Positions 57,676-64,000 of a stretch of 64,000 nucleotides of DNA are shown here, one piece after another. This stretch comes from a virus. The translations under genes were made by a program, and so were the position numbers. The notes beneath the pieces are model-generated. The model was not told the origin of the DNA, did not search any database, and was given only the letters and a program-made list of their open reading frames with translations. The first letter of the stretch is position 1. Every line of letters begins with the position of its first letter. The stretch spans positions 13,249-77,248 of the IMG/VR virus record IMGVR_UViG_3300032954_000005; one strand, given 5' to 3'.

Positions 57676-58755
57676 TTAAATTCCGTCCGAGTACTGAACG
57701 GGTTGGAAGTAGAGGAACTTTACGACGCCCACCTGTCCCAGGTAAAGCGTAAGGTACGCGCCGCCCTCGGCCACCGTTGGGGTCGTCATCACGCGGCTGA
57801 TCGGCACCGTGACATCGAGGTACAGTCGGTCGTCGTCATTAACGTAGCCCACCATGCGGTCGCTGCTCGACTGCCCAGCGCCGATGCACCAGCGGGACGG
57901 GAAGATCTGGAGGTTGCGCCCCTGGCTCTTTCCGATGTTGTTCTGCAGGAGATACGTCAGGATGCTGACATTTCCCGCCGAGCTGACGATCTGGCTCGCG
58001 ATCCACGCGAACTGCGTGGGCGGTATCAGAATGTGGTCGGCCATACCGGTGGTGTCGTACTGGCTGGCGGCCCACGTGCTGACCATCAGCGAGTTTACAT
58101 CGTTGAGGATCTCCATCGGCGTCTTGTAGATCCACTGGGTCTTCTGGCTCGCGCCCACCGGCACCGCCACGCGCGCGACCGACGTGTTGTTAACCAGGCC
58201 GTACTGGCCGGAGATGGGCCCCGTGTAGGTGACGGAGTCCAGCGTCTTGTTCCAGTTCAGCTTGATGCCCTTGTCAAGAAGGTCTTCCAGCGAGCGCCCC
58301 ACCTGCTGCATCTTCTGGAGGTCGATGAAGCTGACCTTCAGAATGTTGCCCCAGTTGAACACACGGTAGATGTCCTTATTCAGGTTCGCCTGCATGGTCG
58401 GGATCGTGTTCGTCTGCCCGCCCATCAGGCCAAACATGTTTGGTCCGCTGATCTGATAATCAACGTTGAACACTGAGGTGAAGTCGACCCAGCCGCCGCC
58501 CGACTTTACGGGCACATCGCGCATCCAGGTGACCGAGGTTAAGGGCTCGCGCACCTTCGGGTCAAGCTTTTCAAGCTCAGACTGAAGAAACGCCATGCCG
58601 CCCGCGATGGCCGCGTCCGTCATGCCCAGGCCCAGGAGGGCACCCGAGCCCGCGCCGCCCGAGCTGTCGTGCGTCATGCGCGCCAGCATCAAACGCGCGC
58701 TGGCCGGGTCGATGCCCGGTACGCCGCTTGCGTACTTTGAAAATTGTTCCAACAT
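57676..58755 (-). CDS. Major capsid protein (DUF2184-like)
   Basis: FLQSELEKLDP...PL...TW.RD; YGLVN; SIL.YL..NN; DRMV.Y; Y.DGI C-terminus. Confidence 0.92.
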   Translation of the reverse strand: MLEQFSKYASGVPGIDPASARLMLARMTHDSSGGAGSGALLGLGMTDAAIAGGMAFLQSELEKLDPKVREPLTSVTWMRDVPVKSGGGWVDFTSVFNVDYQISGPNMFGLMGGQTNTIPTMQANLNKDIYRVFNWGNILKVSFIDLQKMQQVGRSLEDLLDKGIKLNWNKTLDSVTYTGPISGQYGLVNNTSVARVAVPVGASQKTQWIYKTPMEILNDVNSLMVSTWAASQYDTTGMADHILIPPTQFAWIASQIVSSAGNVSILTYLLQNNIGKSQGRNLQIFPSRWCIGAGQSSSDRMVGYVNDDDRLYLDVTVPISRVMTTPTVAEGGAYLTLYLGQVGVVKFLYFQPVQYSDGI

Positions 58756-58793
58756 TTTTATTCCTTTCCCTTTGGTTAGCGCGAACAGCCCTC

Positions 58794-59366
58794 TTACGCG
58801 ATGTTGCGCGTAATCAGCGTAATTTCGCAAACGTTGTTGACATCAACGATGCCCGTGGTGATAAGGCAGTTCGTCAGCTGCACGGTGTGCGCGCCATCCG
58901 CGGCCGGCTCAAGGTCTCCCACCGCCGCGCTGGGATAGCTGCCGTTCGTGCTGATGCGCAGGTAAAGCGGGCCCGAGGCCAGCACCGACGACGCCTGCGG
59001 GTTCTTCAGCGTGATCACGACGTTCCCGCGCACGATCACGTCGGCCGGGGCTCCCGGCGCGTAGTAGGCCAGGCTCGAGGCCACGTACGCCTCCGCCGAC
59101 TTCACTTCGCGTATCGCGAACCCCGCGAAGGCGACCGTCCCGTTCGGCGCGAACGAAAACACGCCGCCGTTGTTGATCCAGCCCGCGGCCTGCGAGTAGA
59201 CGCCGCCCGTGGCGTTTTGCACCAGCACCACGGCGTCACCAAAGTTAATGTTCCAGGTATCCGCCACCTCAACCTGACCCGACCGTATTACCAACGACGG
59301 ATCATTTCGGCTGTAGGTGCCTGGAAACCCCTCGTACATCTGAGTGCCAACTACCGTTCCTGGCAT
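58794..59366 (-). CDS. Capsid decoration/minor structural protein
   Basis: G.PGTYSR...I.FG.AV...FAG.A.REVK...RG; between the scaffold and capsid genes. Confidence 0.8.
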   Translation of the reverse strand: MPGTVVGTQMYEGFPGTYSRNDPSLVIRSGQVEVADTWNINFGDAVVLVQNATGGVYSQAAGWINNGGVFSFAPNGTVAFAGFAIREVKSAEAYVASSLAYYAPGAPADVIVRGNVVITLKNPQASSVLASGPLYLRISTNGSYPSAAVGDLEPAADGAHTVQLTNCLITTGIVDVNNVCEITLITRNIA

Positions 59367-59407
59367 AGCTTGTTAAGCTCCCTTCGAAAGGTTAAGGGAG
59401 GCCGCCC

Positions 59408-60826
59408 TTAGTTGACGACCTCGTTAGGGTTCTTGTTGCGGTACTTCTTGCACATGTCCTCGAAGTCCGCTCCCGCCTGGCTGGGCTTCGCGCCCTCGTC
59501 GCCCATCGCGACGCCGCCGTTCAGCTCAGCATTGCGCACCGCGTCCGGCTTCTTGGTGTGAAGCAGGTCGCCGTACCGCGACGCGTCCTTCGTGCTAAGC
59601 CGTCTGCCCTTGGCCATCGCCATGGCGAGGTTGAACGCCACGCGATCATCCTTCGTACCGTGAGCGGCGATCAGCGGACGCAGCTTGCGCAGTGCGTCCA
59701 CGGTCTGGGGCGCCCCCGGGATCGGGTTCTTCGGCCGATCTTCCTTAGGCTGCGTCTCGACGGGCACGAAGTCGTGATCATCTTCTGACTCCTCGTGCTC
59801 CATCCCCTCCTCTTCCTTCTCGCCTGGCTCCGAAGCGCCCGCGCCCTCGAGCTTTGCGATCTTTCCCTCGAGGTCCGTAACCCGCCGGTGCCAGTCGTCA
59901 TCGTCGTCGTCGCGCATCTTACGGCGATCGTCATCGTCGTCATCGTCACGCGCACGCATCCTGCGATCATCATCATCGTCATCGTCGTCGCGCGTCCGCT
60001 TCTTGCGGTCCTCGTTACGCTTCTCCGCGCGCTTCTCACCCTCCTCGGCGGCCTCCTTATTGCGCTCCACCGCCTCAGGCTCCTCGTCCCGCGTTGGCAC
60101 AAACTTCAGGCCCAGCTCGCGGAACAGGCCAAACGTCTGCTTTAGGACGCTGATCGCTCCCACCGGGCTGTCGTTCGCCGTTTGGTTGTTAGTGTTGGTT
60201 TCTGGCAAGTTACCGCCGTCCTTTCCCTCGCCGCCCAGGGCGGCGTCGTTGATTCGCACATCACTTCCCGCGCGGCCCTCTTTTACTACCGCGAAGTGAT
60301 TAATGCGAATGTTCTTTTGCCGATAATCGTTCCCCCTTATCGGCTCGTAGTCGCACGAATACCCCACGCTGATTTGCCGCGTGCCATTCGAGATCTCATT
60401 ACAGAGCTCCACGTCCACCACGTACAGATCAGCGAGAAGAAGACGCTCCCCCTCAGAGTCGGTAAAGTCGCTCTCGCGAACGAACTGCCCGTGCCCCCGC
60501 AGGTAAGCGTTGTAGTTCTCCGGCGACAGGAACACCGGGGGGTGACGAAACGTAACCGGCTTCCCCTCGCCTGAGGCGATCGCCGCCTGCGAAAACACCT
60601 CCCGCGGGTCGCGCCACACGCGCACCTCCTCATCCCCGGGAAGCCCGATCTCGTTCGCCTTGTACAGCTGCCACCCCGTCCGCGCGATGGGAACGTTGCG
60701 GCAGATAAGGAAGCCCTCCGGCGTGCGCGTGATGTTCTCGCTCAGCCGGGAGCCAAAGTACGTCATCGCGGGCGTAAGCGCCGGGGCCCCGATCGCGTCG
60801 AGGGTCGCCACGCCCCTACTCCCCAA
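59408..60826 (-). CDS. DUF2213-type prohead protease/scaffold
   Basis: TPEGFL.C..VPIARTG...GKPVT..HP...SVGY...NHFAVV..GRAG; acidic scaffold-like tail. Confidence 0.9.
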   Translation of the reverse strand: MGSRGVATLDAIGAPALTPAMTYFGSRLSENITRTPEGFLICRNVPIARTGWQLYKANEIGLPGDEEVRVWRDPREVFSQAAIASGEGKPVTFRHPPVFLSPENYNAYLRGHGQFVRESDFTDSEGERLLLADLYVVDVELCNEISNGTRQISVGYSCDYEPIRGNDYRQKNIRINHFAVVKEGRAGSDVRINDAALGGEGKDGGNLPETNTNNQTANDSPVGAISVLKQTFGLFRELGLKFVPTRDEEPEAVERNKEAAEEGEKRAEKRNEDRKKRTRDDDDDDDDRRMRARDDDDDDDRRKMRDDDDDDWHRRVTDLEGKIAKLEGAGASEPGEKEEEGMEHEESEDDHDFVPVETQPKEDRPKNPIPGAPQTVDALRKLRPLIAAHGTKDDRVAFNLAMAMAKGRRLSTKDASRYGDLLHTKKPDAVRNAELNGGVAMGDEGAKPSQAGADFEDMCKKYRNKNPNEVVN

Positions 60827-61145
60827 ACCTCGAGATCGCGTCCAGCCCGCTTACCCCCGAGGGGTAGGAGGGGACAGACGCATTCTCCTGCTCGGTCTTC
60901 ACGTGCTCGCCGCCCGCGTTATTCAGCGTGACGGCGGGCGCGTCCCGCATGGTGAGCGGGGACGCCACCCTAGGCGCGTGCGTGGCCGCGGCGATCGCGT
61001 CCAGCCCGCTCAGGCCCGCGTCCCCCGTGCGCCGCGCCTCGCTCTCCGCGATCGCGATGGCCTGCTTCTGCGGTTTCCCGTGGTGCATCTCCGTTTCGAT
61101 GTTCTTGCTGATGGTTTCCTCGCTTGAGCCTTCCCTCAACGGCAC
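60816..61145 (-). CDS. Small head-associated protein
   Basis: MPL..GSS..TIS.NI.TE...GKP.KQAIAIA phage motif. Confidence 0.75.
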   Translation of the reverse strand: MPLREGSSEETISKNIETEMHHGKPQKQAIAIAESEARRTGDAGLSGLDAIAAATHAPRVASPLTMRDAPAVTLNNAGGEHVKTEQENASVPSYPSGVSGLDAISRFGE

Positions 61146-61156
61146 GTTGCGCCTCC

Positions 61157-61606
61157 TTACTGCTGCACGTAGTCGACGAAGCCGTCCAGGCTCGTCGCGC
61201 CCGAGGCCGTGGTGACACAGAGCTCGCCCCCCGACGCCCCCGCGAACTGAACGTGGGTACCCGCCGTGGTCACCAGCGTGGTGGTGGGGAACAATGGTGA
61301 CCCGGTGATCGACGTGGCGCCGGTGTCACACGCCGTCGAGACCTTCGTTCCGGTCTTGAACGTCGTCGCGCCCGTGCCCACGGCGACCAGCGAGTAAGCG
61401 CACACGTACACGGTCTTCCCAGCGGACGCCGCCACCAGCTCCGTGGTCGTCGCCGTCGTGATGTGCACCGGAACGGAGAGCTTCAGCACCGCTGGATTCT
61501 GGCAGGGATCCGCCCATTGTGGATATTGGAAGGTTTGCGTCTGCGCCGCTCCCAGCGTGGCGAGCGCCACGACCAGGGCCGCGACTAACAAGATTGTACG
61601 TTTCAT
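61157..61606 (-). CDS. Exported beta-sandwich protein in the head module
   Basis: MKRTILLVAALVVALATLGAA|Q signal; 4 Cys; AGGAG RBS. Confidence 0.75.
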   Translation of the reverse strand: MKRTILLVAALVVALATLGAAQTQTFQYPQWADPCQNPAVLKLSVPVHITTATTTELVAASAGKTVYVCAYSLVAVGTGATTFKTGTKVSTACDTGATSITGSPLFPTTTLVTTAGTHVQFAGASGGELCVTTASGATSLDGFVDYVQQ

Positions 61607-62466
61607 ACTGACATGCTCCTTATGGCTGCGTGTTGGTTCACGGCCAGGCCGCGAAACTTTGTTAGCGTCATACGGCGGATCGCGCCGCCGTAGTAGACCC
61701 GCGCCGGCCAGCTCACCTGGTCGTAGCGCAGGAGCGGCTCAGCCGAACACCGGCAGTTGAAGATCTCCCCCGGGGCGTACGCCCCCTCGTCGCGCTCCCC
61801 CGCCAGCACCTCGGGGTGCGGGTCGTCGGCGAACGGGCAAAGGACGCCGTCCATCCAGCGATGGCTCAGGCGCACGCGCTGGTCTTCTGAAGTTCTCCAA
61901 ACGTACCACGAACTTCCAATTTCCTCCGCGCGCGCCCGCGTCAGCGCCGTCGAGGCCTTCGCGGTCTCCGTGCGCGCGATGAGCGCTGCCCGCGCCCGGT
62001 ACGCCCGCGGCCACACGCCGCGCAGCTCCCGCGCGATCGTCTCGCTGCGCGCGCCGGCCTGCGCCAGCCGCGCCACCTTCCGCGTCGCCTGGAGCGCGAG
62101 GTCCTGGGGCAGCGTCGCGATCAGGCCCGCGTTTTCAGTCACCTTCGCCCGCACCGTGCGCCCCACGCGCCCGCGCAGCTCCGCGCTTACCGCCGTGAAG
62201 ATCCGCTGCCCCTCCCCCGCCTCGCGCGCCGCCGCGCGCCACATCTGCGAGTTCTGCTGAAGCACGTTCGTCACCATTCGCCCCGCCGCCGTCTCCGCGT
62301 ACGCGTGAAACACGCGGTCGAGCTCCTGCCACCGCGTGAGGCGCGCGACGAGCTCCCCCAGCGTCGCGTGCGTGGGGAGCGCGAGGTACCTGTCCAGCAG
62401 CTGTAGCAGCTGACGGCGGTACTCTTCCTCAATGCGCTTGAACGGCTGCCAGGCTGACGACTTCAT
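61603..62466 (-). CDS. MuF/SPP1 gp7-like head morphogenesis protein
   Basis: A.LIARTET.KA...Y.WRTS.D.RVR.SH...PG..FNCRC..EP. Confidence 0.92.
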   Translation of the reverse strand: MKSSAWQPFKRIEEEYRRQLLQLLDRYLALPTHATLGELVARLTRWQELDRVFHAYAETAAGRMVTNVLQQNSQMWRAAAREAGEGQRIFTAVSAELRGRVGRTVRAKVTENAGLIATLPQDLALQATRKVARLAQAGARSETIARELRGVWPRAYRARAALIARTETAKASTALTRARAEEIGSSWYVWRTSEDQRVRLSHRWMDGVLCPFADDPHPEVLAGERDEGAYAPGEIFNCRCSAEPLLRYDQVSWPARVYYGGAIRRMTLTKFRGLAVNQHAAIRSMSV

Positions 62467-62813
62467 TTACGCGTCCCGTCGATAGGCAGAAAGTCGCGCG
62501 CGTCCTCCGCCTTCTGCAGACGGCGCTTCAGGGTCAGTAGTGTCAGGCGCTTCTCGAGGGCGTCGACCGTGCGGCGGGCGTCTTTACTAGCCTTACTACG
62601 CGCTTTATTTAGACTTCTCATACGCCCTTCATAAATGCGCTGCGCATAGTATTGATTATTTGGAGCCATATTTCCGCGTAATGGTTTTCCAAAGCTTCCA
62701 CCACCCCGCTTGCGCGTCTCCGCCGCCTTGCGCGCGCCCTCGCTTGTGCCCGCGTCGTTTGTAAGGCGCGCCACGCGCCGCTCCAGGGAATCCAGCACCT
62801 TCGCTACGTTCAT
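62463..62813 (-). CDS. Basic head-associated protein
   Basis: DAGTSEGARKAAETRKRGGG motif; coupled to the portal stop. Confidence 0.65.
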   Translation of the reverse strand: MNVAKVLDSLERRVARLTNDAGTSEGARKAAETRKRGGGSFGKPLRGNMAPNNQYYAQRIYEGRMRSLNKARSKASKDARRTVDALEKRLTLLTLKRRLQKAEDARDFLPIDGTRK

Positions 62814-64000
62814 TCCTCTTCCTCCTTTTCTTCCTTCGCAGGCTCCAGTTCCACGGCCAAGGTCTCGCCCTCGGCGAGAGGCACGATGAGCTTCTCACCC
62901 TCCTCGGCGTCCTTCGTTGCCTGTCCTACGCTGCGACGGAACTCCTCGAGCGGGACGCGCGTGAGACCGTCGAAGTGGTCGCGATCGTCGTAGTTCGCCC
63001 GGAACGCTGCCAAGGCCTCCGCCTCGTCATTGAACCCGAGCATACACTTGTCCTCGTCATACACGCCCGTCTCCGGGTTCTTCGTGTGGATCACGTAGAC
63101 ATAGTCGGCAGACTCGTGCGGCCCGAGGAAGCAGTCCAGCTCGTCGCCGTCCGCCCAGCGCGTCCTGGGAACGTAGCCGTAGTCGTTCCTCAGGCGCACG
63201 CTGAACCCCGGGCCACTGCGCGTCTCTCCCGCCTTCGTCTCGACCTCAACGCGCAGCCCGTTGAAGGTGCGCGGCGTGGTAGGCGACTGCGTGCCGTCTA
63301 CGTAGGAGTCCTTACTTTCACGCCGCTTTAATTCTTCCAATTCTTTTTCTTTACGTAGGGTTTCTTCTTTTTTCGTCTGATGGCGTTGAATAGAACGTTG
63401 CGCTTCTATTAAATCACCATTATAAAGAACGCTAGTAAGTGGCCCTGGTTGTTTTCCCTTTTCAGTGACAGCATAACCCCTTGGTGATTCTGTTATTTGG
63501 AAGTTTTTTGTCTGAAAAAAGGGCTTATTTGTACTGCTACCAGAAGTAAACTCCCCGCCCTCATTGCGCGGGTGCTCCTCTTCCTTAAACTCCGCGTCAC
63601 GGGTCGCGCGGCGCCACAGCGCCTGGAACAAGGGACGCAGGCCGCGCGCCACAGCGCGTCGATCGTCCTGGGTTTTGCGCGCCCTGCGATCCGCGTGGCT
63701 TGCCAACGCCGCGCCCAGCGCCCGCAGGCCCGCGTCCCTTGTCTCGGGCGCCGGGGCGGTCGACGTCCACAGCCGTCTGACCGTCGCGCGCACCGCGTCC
63801 GTCACCGAGCGCTGCTCCTCCGCTTCCGCTTCCACGGGCTCCGCCTCGGGCTCGATGTTTTCCTCCGCGCCCTCGCCGGGCGGGAGCTGAAGCGGCTCCT
63901 CGCTCCCGGCGCCCAGCAGGCCCTCCATCCCGGGCTGCGCGATGTCGTTCGTCGCCTCGGCGATGTCCTCGTCGGTGATGTTCGTGCCGAAGCCCGTCAC
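62810..64000 (-). CDS. C-terminal part of portal (DUF1073-like) fused to an inorganic-pyrophosphatase-like domain; 5' end outside the window
   Basis: TGFGTNITDEDI resembles portal C-termini; F.E.EHPR...G.F motif; DYGYVPRT..ADGDELDCFLGP...DEDKCMLGF InPase-like domain. Confidence 0.75.
   Translation of the reverse strand: MTGFGTNITDEDIAEATNDIAQPGMEGLLGAGSEEPLQLPPGEGAEENIEPEAEPVEAEAEEQRSVTDAVRATVRRLWTSTAPAPETRDAGLRALGAALASHADRRARKTQDDRRAVARGLRPLFQALWRRATRDAEFKEEEHPRNEGGEFTSGSSTNKPFFQTKNFQITESPRGYAVTEKGKQPGPLTSVLYNGDLIEAQRSIQRHQTKKEETLRKEKELEELKRRESKDSYVDGTQSPTTPRTFNGLRVEVETKAGETRSGPGFSVRLRNDYGYVPRTRWADGDELDCFLGPHESADYVYVIHTKNPETGVYDEDKCMLGFNDEAEALAAFRANYDDRDHFDGLTRVPLEEFRRSVGQATKDAEEGEKLIVPLAEGETLAVELEPAKEEKEEEE

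Noticed and set aside
59890-60000. GAT/GAC trinucleotide repeats
   Set aside because: They encode the poly-Asp tracts of the scaffold domain; ordinary coding low complexity.
1-64000. Prophage or alternative genetic code
   Set aside because: No integrase, att site or host genes were seen; core genes are intact in the standard bacterial code with all three stops used.

Overview
The window is most of the genome of a high-GC, probably lytic, tailed phage with a contractile tail; no integrase or repressor is visible, and both ends fall inside genes. Minus strand 64000->37700: portal C-terminus fused to a pyrophosphatase-like domain, MuF, DUF2213-type protease/scaffold, major capsid, neck, sheath, tube, frameshifted tail chaperone, tape measure with an SLT domain, baseplate and a fibre locus. 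Minus strand 5300->1: small and large terminase, a DUF3467-like gene and a beta-helix tailspike-like gene. Plus strand 6000->37550: iteron-rich putative origin, primase-helicase, a lower-GC array of small accessory genes, family A DNA polymerase with Cas4-like, VRR-NUC and SNF2 genes, a nucleotide/DNA-modification cluster and an early-gene region. Three things stand out. (1) Five of the six fibre-locus genes, the tailspike-like gene and one head-locus gene encode proteins with Sec-type signal peptides, most with paired cysteines, suggesting virion appendages that are exported and folded outside the cytoplasm. (2) A covarying three-hairpin non-coding element is repeated five times at early-gene boundaries, and one gene appears inserted by duplication of it. 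(3) A cytosine-type thymidylate-synthase homolog sits with a BGT-like glycosyltransferase and a UDP-sugar dehydrogenase, predicting uronic-acid hypermodified DNA. All family calls come from motif recognition by eye; no database search was run.
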